A DNA stretch of 49,474 nucleotides, filler included, from Bipalium vagum (Eukaryota): NCBI GenBank assembly GCA_037834085.1. It is 2 parts of 2 records of this genome, joined end to end, with 100 filler letters (N's around TTAATTAATTAA, not from the genome) between each part and the next. Parts side by side here need not be neighbours in the genome. Positions count along the whole stretch, not along the records: positions 1 to 28,189 come from JBBMKC010065432.1; 1 more part is not named here. One strand, 5' to 3'. Below the pieces are notes generated by a model. The model ran no database searches. It worked only from the letters and a program-made list of their open reading frames with translations, and was not told the DNA's origin. Positions 1 through 12,300 of the stretch are shown in pieces. Each line of letters starts with the position of its first letter. The stretch's first letter is position 1. The translations under genes and the position numbers were made by a program.

Positions 1-139
1 CGAGCTCAATAGTTAAGCCCATAGCAACCTTAGTTAAGGTCAGATACGCTAGGGGGCAGGTTTGCGCCAACAATTTTGATAATACAGACGATTCCATGTG
101 TAGTGGAACATTCTATGCACCATTAGTAATAATGAACAA

Positions 140-420
140 TCCATCGATAATGTAATTTCTGTTATTATTTGGGACCACCTTTCCACCGGCTCATCGAAAC
201 CTTTGTTCCAGAAATCTCTAGATCTGCGCAGAAAGAAATTGGTCAAGCCTTTCTCACAAGTAATAGCTTTCATTTGGTTGGGCTGCGAACGGAGAAGATA
301 CAAATCTGTTCGTCCACGATCTGGGGAAAACGCAGGTTGTTGCAGAACCCCAATCGAGCTCTTGGAGAGGGTTTTAACGCCATTTTCGGATTTCGGCTTA
401 GCGTTATCACTGAGATGAAT
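140..420 (-). mobile_element. Decayed mariner transposase C-terminal fragment
   Basis: Minus-strand translation GVLQQPAFSPDRGRTDLYLLRSQPNQ...TNFFLRRSRDFWNKGFDEPVERWSQII matches the mariner C-terminal pattern (HPPYSPDLAPSDYHLFRS...FF..K..DF...GI..L.ERW). Boundaries approximate. Confidence 0.75.
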
Positions 421-1018
421 GACTTTGGGTGATCTATCATGACTTTTCTCTTTTAAAATGTCGTTTATTCGTCCAGTAGAAACTGATAAACGAGAAATAT
501 GACCTCAAATCGGCTCTCTAGTTCAGCCGACCTCACCAGTTGAATATTTGTTCTGGGTACCCTTCAGGCAATGGTTTTCCATTACCAAAAATGAAACATC
601 TACTTAAAATGGAAAGATAAAGAATGTTCGCGTTTTAGTACCGAAGAGCTGCACACTGCAATATTGGTCTTCCCACGAAGAATTGAAATAATGTTATCCG
701 TTAAAGGAGATCAGTTTGAGAACATAATGTAGGGAAAACAGTTGTATTCCACATAATCCGTTTGTTTCTTATCATTAATAATATCATTATTTTGTCATTG
801 TTATTTCTCGTTGACTTTTCCCCTCGGATTTGATACAGTCTCAAAATAAGAAACAATGCTCTCCTTGACCCAATAATTAAAGTTATGATTTTAAAAGTAA
901 CCATCCCAATGGTCTCAGTACTCTGCCTAAACATTTCCCACAATTACAAATTGTCTTAATATTTACGAATGTCTTACGATGTCGGCATATATTGTTATTA
1001 ATACTTTTTATTAATAAT

Positions 1019-1023
1019 ATTTA

Positions 1024-1060
<37 letters not shown>
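1019..1060. repeat. (TAT)n microsatellite
   Basis: Visible trinucleotide run. Confidence 0.9.
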
Positions 1061-1063
<3 letters not shown>

Positions 1064-2502
1064 CATTATGATAATAATTATCTTTAAAACGGAATGCCAA
1101 TCAGAGTGTCCCGTAACAGAGGCCATGTCCATAGCAACTTACAGGGCTATCCAGAAGAGGATTTTGTGCGCCTTGACCCACAACGTTACTGGTTCGCTAA
1201 TTGAGAAAGGAGAAAATATAAATAAATAATAACAATCGCCTGTATTAAAACAACGTTCCTACTAAAATAAAATTATTGCCATCAAACCGAGTGTCATCAA
1301 CATTTGCACGCTTAAAATCCCATAGACCTTTCTGATAAAAGCTGAATGAAAAAAGAGTTTCTTAACCGGTATCATGGCAACGTCAAACACATACCTAATC
1401 GAATGGACTTTGAGGAAAAAATGAAATTTGTTCCCCCTGAAGGATGATGCAAAGAGGAATGTGAACCTGAACGAAAGTGAAATTAATTAAAGGACGTTAA
1501 TCAAAATTAATTAAATGTCCTCCTTATTTCACACGAGAATTAAAGATGAAAACATTCATGTTCAAACAGATATACTATTTTTAACCAGAAGTCTTTAATA
1601 ACAAGATGCAGCAATCTGATTGGTGGCGTGAATTAGTTAAGTTACATTTATTCGCGGTTTTATTTGTGGGTTTATTTTTAGTATCAGATAATGTCAAGGT
1701 CAGTGGTGGAATCACTGAAACGAAACGGGCAGCAAAATTTGATCAATAATAAAAAATTATAATCCTTCAGTTAAGGGGCGTAAAATATTTCAAAGTATCA
1801 AAAATTTCTGACACAATCGAGGAGTGAATCAACTAATGGACTAGAGGCATTCCATCAATATTCTGAGATTGTTAACAATTACACCCAAATCTCCATTTCC
1901 TTTTAATGAGTTGCTGATATAATTTTATTGTTTCTTTTCTTAATCTGTCGAGCTGATGACCAGATTTAACAACGTTAGGGTTTTAGTGCTATATAGGATA
2001 ACCTAGCATCATGACGATATTTTCTCCGCGAGTAACCACAATGCCAGAATTGATTTCTGATTTGTCTTTTGAATTAAGGTTCATAGGATAAAGTTGATGT
2101 TTGACTGATTTCTGAGTCTTATTTTGAAAACCATTCTCCGTCAAAGAATCTACACTAAAAGCTGCCAATATCTTATTTTTTGGTTGAGTAGAATTTCCCC
2201 CAGAACATTTAGAGGTGTCTGTTCTGTAAATTAACAGTTTTATTTTATATGAGACTGCTTTTCAGTATTTTGCTTAATCACAGGGTTGTCCATAGTAGTC
2301 AGAATACCAAAGGATATTTTTTTACTTACCAAATGCTTTCCGAAAATTTTCCTTTTCAATTGATAACCTCTCTCACTTTTCGAAATAAAGACCTCTGAAT
2401 TGCCAAAATTCATTTCTTTCCTTCACTTCAACGAATGAATACAGACTTTGGAAACTTACAGTCAAACCAATGACAAATTCAGTGATCTCCTTTTATGAAG
2501 TA

Positions 2503-3240
2503 TATCATCGAACTTCTATATTGGACCACCACATTTGAAAAGTGGTCTGGAACCAGAAGTTGGCACAAAGTACCAGAAACATTATTCGACGTTGACAGAT
2601 AAAAAAACCATAAAACCGTGTTTGGGTACTTATAAAGTGCCTTAGTAGAAAACATCTAAAATAAAACAACGATAGGTCCAATCAATAATGAGTGATATAT
2701 CTCACCGTTTTTGAATCAAATAATTCGTACTTTTTGTTTTATTCCATGTTCTTTTCGTAAATCCATCATGAACTTACTTTTAAAGCAATGAGACAGTTTT
2801 ACATTTTGCGACAGATACGGCTTCGTGAGTTCACCCAAACTGAAAAGATGTTAAAGCGTCAATGATATCGGGTATCTTTTCAGAATCCTCGATATATGAG
2901 TACGACTTCACCATTTTATCTTATTGAAGCAGTGCAGGTTCTCTGTCCAATATCTGATCAGTAGATTCTTTTAGATCAGCGACAGCTTCCACTTTCTTTA
3001 CCAATGATAATCTTTGACAAAACGATTTGTTCAACATGTTTTAGTGGAATCCTATGAAATTGACAATATCATCTTTTTCTTAATGCTATTGTTTCGTCAT
3101 TCTTGATTGTGAAAAATCTCAAATACCAAAATGTTATATTAAGGATTTTATTTTTATATGAAATTATCGAGAAATATGATAATAACAAATTAATGGTGCA
3201 AATGTAGAAGTTGGTCCGATTATAGAAGTGGCCCAAATCA
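2503..3240 (-). mobile_element. Decayed pogo/Tigger-like element
   Basis: Inverted-repeat pair AACTTCTATATTGGACCA (~2511) / TGGTCCGATTATAGAAGT (~3212). Minus-strand remnant MLNKSFCQRLSLVKKVEAVADLKE...PDIIDAL resembles the pogo/Tigger N-terminal HTH region. Frames are broken. Confidence 0.5.
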
Positions 3241-3277
3241 GAAAATGGCTCATAAATGAGTCATAATATGAGGTTAC

Positions 3278-6200
3278 CTACGAAGTTGAGGTTTTGAAAA
3301 TCTGTAAGCGGAAGTTCAAGATATCATATTGCTAGTAGTGTTAAAATGGTGTGTTACGACCAAGACCAAAATCTTAATGTTGAATATCGAATGAACCCAA
3401 TTTGGTTTCGATCTTTTTCAATTTTATAAATATTGAATATCGAACATTGAATATCGGCGTAATACTTCATTTTAACACTACTTACAGTTTTTTTTCATTG
3501 ACTTTTCATCTCAATTTTTTATTTTTTAATTATTATTTTTGATTTTTTTATAAATTCGAATTTTGTGAATTTCATGATTTATGATTGTAAAACATTACCC
3601 ATCAATCTATCTTTTTTTTTAAATGGATGAAAAATATTTTTGTGAAGTTTGTAAAACATATCAAACTATAACAAGAGTAAACATTTAAATACAAACATAC
3701 ATTTTAAAAATAGTACTAATAAAAATACTCTATCACTAATGAAAACATTAATCTAAGTACTAATGAAAAAATAAAAGAAAAATATCAAAATTTTTCTAAA
3801 AAACAGGGGTGATTAAAGATTTGGGGCTATTCACAATCAGCTATTCTAGATAATAAATTTTTTTAAAAAATTTACAACAGGAAAATATCCAGGAGAATTA
3901 CATTTAAAATCCTTAAACCCTATTAATAAAAAATGCTGTGCACCAATTTACCAGAACAGGATCAAATAATATTAAACTTTTAGAAAATAATAGAAAAGTT
4001 TTAGGAAATCCAATTTTTTTTCTAATTCCAAAAACTTATTCAATACCAATAAACAGAACAGAAACGATATTTTTCTAAATTTTTTTCAAATCATGATTTT
4101 AAATTTACTTGAATTGTTCTGTGAATATGGAATTGATACAACATCAAATTTATGAAAAATTAAACTTACTGTTTGTTGGTATTCTTATTGGAAATCTTGA
4201 ACGAAAAATATTATACAATCTGAAAACTTAAAAATCAATTTAACCAAGTTATCATTTAATAGAGAATTTACAATAATATTGATTGTACATGAAAATGAGT
4301 ACACAATCAATGATGCTATAAATTTTAGAACAGCAAATAAGTATCCTATTTTTGATTGATATAATATTTATAGGAACTATTTTATAGTTGATGAAGACCT
4401 TTACTGAAAATTTTTGTTAAAAGTTATAAAGGAACGGATATAATATTTAAAGGATATTTTAATTCATATTTTTATTATAATTCTGAAGGAAAATATTCAA
4501 GTAAATGTAGAGAAATCAGTGGGAATATTAATTTATGAAATTATACTTTTTTATCGTTAATTAAAAAATGATGAATTAATAGAAATAGAAATTTTTATTA
4601 AATCTTTTTGTAAAAATTTATTTTACAATTTAAAGTTCTCAAGATTTTTCAATATTTTATTATAAAAATTAAAAGATTCAACGACGTTGTCAAGGCCTTT
4701 GTTCAAAAATTTTTTAGATTATGCTATAAAAGATAATGATGAAAAACAAAACGACGTTTATGGAACATCTTCAATGTGTAAATCAGCTGTCCTATTTACC
4801 CAAAATTAGAAATTGACATATTCTCAAATCAATTATTGAGAAATTAGAAAAAATAAAAATGGAAAATTTTATGAATGAAAAAAAATGTTGAAGATTTATA
4901 AAAACATTTTGAAAAATTTAAATATACTTTTGTAGATTCTCATTTAAAATTAGAAAATATTTTTATTGGAGGACTTTTACGAATTGGAACTTCTATTATG
5001 ATAGTAATACCAACTTTTGGAACCAATTTATTAATTTATGTTCCTGCTGCAACATCAATTTTTGGACCTGTAAATTTATTTATTGGAGAAACAATTAGTA
5101 TAGGAATTACTTTTCAAAAGAAAAAGATATATCGGGAAAATGGGGCTACAATAGAATCATCATTTAATAAACTTTATATATTTCAATTAAAAGCATTAGA
5201 ACATAAAATATTATAAAATTATTACATAAAATATATGTAATGAAGAAATTGAACAAACGAAAATAATTCTTAATGAATGTAAAGAAAATATTACAAAAAT
5301 AAAATCAGGAAATATTATTAAAAATCAAAATGAAGAAATTAAAAAGGATTTAAAACGAAGTTCTCATGATGCAATAGCAGAATGCAAACGCAATTTTCTC
5401 CATGCGGGAGAAGAATTGAAATAGTTGAAAACCGATTATAATGCAATAAGCTCATACAGATCTAGCAAAGCTGTCAAGGTCTTCGACCGATCCAACACAG
5501 TAGTCAAAGCTTTTATGCGATCCCGCTGATTCGATAAATTTTAAAAAATAGATGTGAAAAAAGTACTAAGAGGCTTAGCCTACAAAAAACAAAATTCAAT
5601 TGATCTTAAAAAATGACTTGAAAATTTAAAAAATTAATAGGAACAAAAAATTAATTTGACACTAATCAATTAATTCAATAGAAAACAGAAAGAGGATTTA
5701 AGATTTAACATATTTTCATTAACCACTTACTGGTCCTCTAAGAAATTAATATAAATGATAAAGCTAATAAGAAAAATATAATAGATGGACCACATAGTGG
5801 TTGGAAGATTCACAATAGGTTTAAGTGTACAAACTACTTCACTATTTTTAACTTTTGATTTATATACTTCTTTATAAACACCAACCAATTACTGGAACAT
5901 TAATAATAAATGAAATCCGATTTTTGGTTATTAAAGAAGATTGAAAAGCATTTTTAAAATATAATAATCCAAAAGATCCTAAATCGAATGATGAAACATT
6001 TTTTGAATCAACTGAAAATTTAAAATTAATAATAGAAGGAATTTTAATCTAAATAGAGACACGATATTTAAAGTAGAAGATTTGAGTAATTATCTTCAAA
6101 TAATAAAATTATCAAAATCTAGTTTATTTATATTAAATTTCGACAAATTTTAAAATAAACATTTACATCGAATCTCAGTTAAATTACCGGATTTCCCCGA

Positions 6201-9200
6201 AAATCCGCTCCTGGGTTATTTTTGCAAAATTAACCTTGTTTAAGAAAGAAATTATTCCAAAGTATTTACATTAAAAATATAAAAATCTAATAAAAATTAA
6301 ATATAAAATTAAACAAGATTGACAAGAATATAACATTTATAAACCGAAATATTTAGCTCTTCAATTTGTAAATTTAAGAAAATAAAAAGGTGGTCATGAT
6401 AATGTTCATCATTTAATTTTAATAGATTTAAATAAGTTAAAAAAATAAAAAGCATATTCTGATTAAAATATTTTCTTTCTAAAAATGGAAGATTCTCTAC
6501 AAAAAATATCAAATCTTTTATCTCAAATATTTTCAACTTCATTTTAAAAATAGATAAAATAAATATTCTAATTATAAATGGAAACAAAACTTCCTATTGA
6601 AATGTGTAAAACGGCTGTAAATCTTAATAAAAAATGTTTCCTTGTCTTACAATCTTGTATTCAAAATGACTAAGAAAATCATGTTTTTGAAAAATTCCAT
6701 TTTTCTACTATTGAAAAATTTTTTTTTTAATTTTTTTTTGAGGAAACATGTGTTTTAACATATTCTTCCATGTATTTAAATATAAACTAATTTAAAGTAA
6801 TTATAATTATATATTTTCATCATTTTATGTATATTACAGGGGTGGCTCCAAAGATATAGACGACATCGTATATTACATTTAGAAAAGAATTTATTTGATC
6901 CCTCTGAAAAAAAAATAAACAGAAGACTAAGTAGCTATGATAAAAATAATTGTGGAAATTATTATTTCAATGAAATAAAGAATTATCTAAATTTAATTAA
7001 ATATGTCAATGGTTGTTTTAAAGCTAAAAATTTTGAAAATATTAAAACACGATATGATAAGTACAATAAAAAATACAGTATGGGAAGTGTTATAGATTTT
7101 ATAAACCAAAATATATACTTGATCAATTTAAATCTTTAATAAAATATTTGTGTGCTAAAAAAGCTGGTGGACGATAATGTTGATTATTTAATTTTAAAAA
7201 TTTCAAAAAAATAAAAAAGAATCAGTAATGAAATTATTTGAAAATGTTAAAGTTAGATTTGATCTAGATTCTGATTTAAATATTTTATTTTATTTTTCAA
7301 AGCAATGAAAGAATTTCTACAAAAAATATGAAATTTTTTATCTCAAAAATTTTCAACAACATTTTTTGTAGAAAGTTAAGAGAAACCTATAACCACTAAA
7401 TCTTGATCCAAATTTTAACTATAAGTTAGCTTTAATTTATTTTTCAACTTATAATTTTAAATATGTTTAATTTTAATGAAAAATAACAGAATAGATGTAA
7501 CTGTTACAAATTCTAAAGGAAATAAAGAATCTCGTAAGATAAAGATAACTCTAGGAACATATGAAGTTTCTGATATATCTGCATATATTTAGAATGGATT
7601 TAAAAGTATAAAAGAATTTGAACCATTAAAATCAGAAGAGTTTATGTAAAAATTAATTATAATCCAATTTCTTCAAACAGTGTAATGAAAATATCTAAAG
7701 GTTGTATTCTTTCTTTTCCAGAAAATTCAATTGGTGAATTAAAAAAAAATCTTATAAAGAAGGTTATTATGAATCAAAATTAGTAAACATTTCAAAGATA
7801 AATAAAATCATGATTGATTGAAAAATTTAGAATGAGGATTTTATAATGATAGAAGAACAAATATTATTTTTGATTTTCTTTTGAATGCTGTTCCAAGAAG
7901 ATAGAGAATCATTGATAGACCAAAATTCCCAATTTAACATCTTTTAATTACAAAAGAAAAATTTAATAAAGTTTAATGGAGAAGACATCAGTTTTACTAC
8001 TTATTTGAAGCAGACTAAACCTGCTGTCAACAAAGCTTGTTAAGCAAAAAACAATGAAAAAAAATTCTAACACTAACTAAAACATAAATTTATTGCATAA
8101 GATAAATATTAATTTATATTATTTCCGTTAAATATTATCATTTTAGGTATGCTGTACCAAAAATTGCTGTACAAATCAATAATAATTAATTGTTTGTGAA
8201 TATGTTGACCTATTCATGCTTCACTTTAGGTTGATAACCACCATACAGAATGTCTGAAATTATTTTCCAAACATTTTCTATAATATTCAAATCTGGTGAT
8301 GTTCATGGCCAATTCAGGACTTGAAAAGATTGTGTTTTCGAATATAATTGAAATCGTTTTGAAACATGGATTGGATAATTATCCGGAATCACATGACAGC
8401 CTTCATGACAATCGAGATTGATAATGGGTACATCGAAGTCTTTGAAAAGACTAATGTATTTTTCAATGTCTTTTTTTCCTTCCAATATTTTGACAGCAAG
8501 TAGACCGTTTGGCACAGTCATATCCCACACCATAATTCCTCCACCTTGATATTGACGTTTTTGACATGGAGATGTTTCCCCCTTCTTAACATACGAAAGT
8601 ATCATATATCATAAAAGTCTTTAAAATATCAATAATTATTTAATACCTGTTGTCAGTTCGTCAAGACTGAATCTTTTTTCATCAATATTTGACATCAATA
8701 TATTTTATTCCAAACAATATTCTGTCTAATCCACTGTAAAACCAAACGATTTCTTTTCAATTTATGTTTATTAGAAAGCATAATTTTCTGTGCAACCTTT
8801 TGATACGCATCTCATTCTTCAGCATCCATTTATTTAGTGGACACATCTATATTGGTTAACTGCAATACTTTGTTGCATGCAGTCTTATGATAATTATCAG
8901 TCTCTTTTTGATATAGGTCTTCTGTGGTTAAGATCATCAATCTTCCTTATATTCCTTTTTGGTTCTCGCTCTGCTTGTGAGTTTTTAATTTGTATGTTAA
9001 AATAGTTTTAATTGCATTCTTTTTCATATAAAAATCTACGATTCACTTAATGAACATTTGTATATGACAATATTTCTTAATTCCTTTGAATATATACCTA
9101 AAATTTTATTTAAAACTATAAGTAAAAATTTACTTACTGTCAGAAAAATTTTTTCCAATAATATTTTATAAAATTTAAGAAATTACATTTGTGATATATT

Positions 9201-9278
9201 ATTTAAACAAGTCTTCAAAATGTAGATATATAACAAGTTTCTAATGAGCAAACGAAAACAATAAATATTAACAAGTTT

Positions 9279-9309
<31 letters not shown>

Positions 9310-12300
9310 CTTTTATCTACCACCTTTTATCTCAGAAATTACAAGTGTCAGAAAAATAGTTTCCATCAGTATATGATATTTTTAAAAAAAGAATTATTTA
9401 TCTATGATAGTTTAATATATCTATTTCCATGTACACTGAAAATTGCGCCTAGTATTTCTTTTTCAATTAATAATAAATGATCACATGTATCTTTTTTAAA
9501 ATATTTTAATTTTACATTTGAAAATTTTAATCCTATATTTCATATTTAACCTGGAACTGAATGACAAGGAATCTCTACCTTGAATGGCAAATTGAAAATT
9601 AACAAAAAATCATGAAAAAAAATGAAAACAGTAAAAATCAAATTGGATTGACATTTGGAAAATAAAAATTAATAAAATGAAAATCAATGAAAAAATCAAT
9701 AATCAATGAAAAAATGTGATAGTAGTGTTAAAATGAAGCGTTACTCTGGTGTTCGATATTCATAAAATTAAAAAAATCAAAATCAAATTGTGTTTTTCCG
9801 ATATTCGCTATTCGACGTTGGGGTTTGTGTCTTGGTGGTAACACCCCATTTTAACACTACGATGGCTTTACCTTACAACTCTGTTACTCGTAATGTTAGT
9901 TGAAGTTGTCTTTGGTATGGAAACTAAAGCTTTTAATTCAAACGATAGCCTTACTTTGTTGGGTCGTGTGGGGACCGTACTGTGCATCTGTAGAGAAAAT
10001 ATATTAAAATTTTATTAATTTCATTATGGTCTTCACTTGGCTGTTGAGGACCATACATCGGGTAGGATGCATCTTTGAAAGAGCGTCAAATATACATTAA
10101 TAAATATCATTTTTACTGAGATGCTGAGGTCCGTAAGCTCCGAGCGGAACATCTTGAAAGAAGTGATCAATAAATAATTGTTAATTGTCTTTACTTTGGT
10201 TCTGAGGACCGTAAGGACTGTTAAAGGCATCTTTAAAGAAAATATTAAAGCGAAACATCAACTATATCTTCTGACTTGGTTGCTGAGGTCCGTAAAAGCC
10301 TTCGGAGGTTCGTCTCAGAAAAGATTAATACTCATTTCATATTTAATCTACCTTGGCCTTCTTGTTGCTGTCCTGTTTATTAAAAAAACTGAGTTAAGCT
10401 TTATAAATTTTATTAATAATTAAATTTGATTAATTCCTCGTTGAGTCTGAGCTCCGAATTGAGTTTGTAACTTTAAAATTGCTTTACTGACAACCTCTGT
10501 CATTACAACTGAGCAGCCTCTCATTACAATTATATTATTTCATTCTGTCAGCGCGTATGGGACATTCCTTATTCAAGGGTAATAGACCGTTATCCTGCTG
10601 GGCATCCGGCAAATTTCGCAAAAAACATTTACGTCGCATCTCAGTTAAATGACCGGATTTCCCCCGAAAAAAGCCCCGGGATTATTTTTGCAAATTCAAC
10701 CTTTCCAAAAATAAACTCGGTTGAAAATCAGCCCCGGTTTATTTCTGAGAATATTTCATAAAAGAATTGCTTTCAACAAATATCTCCAAATTTTTAGGTA
10801 TTTTACATTTTGATGGATTTTTTAAACCTTTAAATATAACCAATGTTTTGGAAAATGTACCAGCGAATGATATGGTTACAGCCACAGTAAATCTCGTTTT
10901 TTCATCACCTGTGGTACGAAGATCGGTATTCTGTTCTCCTTTAACAGAAATGGTGCTCCATCTCATCATATCTGCATAGGTCGCCATTTCGTCCATATTA
11001 AAAAAAATTTCTGCCTCTTTCTTTTAAAAAAATTTTTAAAATTAATTTAATCTATCAAAAAATATTGATAAAACAATTTTATCTTAAAGCGAAAAACTTT
11101 AAAAAAATAAGCCTTGGTCCTATTTTCGAGTGGGATTATTTTCGGGGAAATCCGTAAGCAAAAATATAAACGAACTTTTAAATGTAATGTAATTATTACT
11201 CCGGTAAATAAGGTAATTATAATTACATGAAAATAAAAGCATTAAAATAGGTAATTAAAACAAGTGGCGCCTAAAGGAAGTTATAATTCATTTATCTATA
11301 TCATTTAATTCGGAAATCCGACTCTGAAAATTAATACTTTTAATTTGATATCCACGACGATCAGTTGAATTGACAACGATTTATTAATTTTATCACACTA
11401 TAACACATAAAAGCAAGTTTTCTTCGATTTGATTGGTTTCTCATATTCTCAACTGTTTTTTCCTGTCTCAGCTTCGGCTTCTGTTTTTGATTTTGTAATT
11501 TTCTTTTTATTTACTCCATTATTACCAATTGATCTTCTATCACCCAATGATGTTAATGTAATATTTTCTTGTTGATATAAATAAATGTTATCGCTATCTG
11601 ATTTCATATAATTGTATTGTGTCATCCTGAAATTCCTGTGAATTTTGGCCAAGAAAATTTAAGAAAAAGTTCTAATATTTTCTTGGTCTTGCACGGTCAT
11701 CATTTTCAAAGCTGAAGTTGCCACTCTTAGATTTTTGAAAATGTCTTTTTGTTTATCTTTCACTTACAAAACTATCGCCCACGGCGAAGTAAATATTTCT
11801 GGTTGCTTCTCATGCATTATGAAGTGTTCATGAAGAATGCAAATTCAAATACGTTCAACTATGCCCTGGAACAAATAACGTCTCATTTAAATCGAACTGC
11901 CTACCTAAAGAAGAATATGGAAAAGCCAAATTGGCGCTTCAGTGTGACATATTAAAACAATTATTATCATAAAACTGATTGATTAACAAATCTTTGAAAT
12001 GATAAAGCTGAAATCCGTCATTCTCTTTGGGCCAGCCGATAATTCAATGCTCAATAATGAAACACGGAGAGAGCAATGGGAAAGTGACGACTGGACGATG
12101 AAGATTTCATAGATTATTAGGGGGTCTGGTCAGATCTCCACCTGCTCTCACATCTCAAAACATTTCTTAATAAGCTGTGACTTCAGAGGAGTTATTTCAA
12201 AAGCCTTACCCAAATCACTTTATACAGTAATAATGAAAGGTGAAGTGTATCGATCTTAAGGGATGTAATACTGAATAATAAGATTTTTTAAACATTGGCG

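Larger units (their letters stand above)
3334..9861. mobile_element. Maverick/Polinton (adintovirus-like) relic, ~6.5 kb, non-autonomous/decayed
   Basis: Starts AGTAGTGTTAAAATGG at 3334 and ends CCATTTTAACACTAC(G) at 9861. Inverted similarity extends ~250 bp inward. Flanked by a near-perfect 6-bp duplication ATTGCT (3328-3333) / ATGGCT (9862-9867). AGT-repeat termini and 6-bp TSDs are Polinton hallmarks. The interior carries decayed Maverick-type ORFs. Confidence 0.85.

Noticed and set aside
1850-1900. Minus-strand DLGVIVNN resembling the LINE reverse transcriptase C-terminal DLGV motif
   Set aside because: Isolated short motif with no upstream YADD/QG motifs recognisable.
6466-7370. ~80 bp imperfect direct repeat (6466-6550 vs 7280-7365) inside the Maverick
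   Set aside because: Real but very AT-rich and within a decayed element; no function can be supported.
9955-10313. CRISPR-like spacing (33-38 bp repeats with 42-49 bp spacers)
   Set aside because: The repeats are divergent, vary at codon third positions and are bounded by AG/GT splice sites. The context is eukaryotic and there are no cas genes. They are better explained as duplicated exons.
10033-10423. ORF-track ORFs 10033-10230 (-) and 10178-10423 (+) with LLRSV/LRTV repeats
   Set aside because: Out-of-frame and antisense shadows of the micro-exon array.
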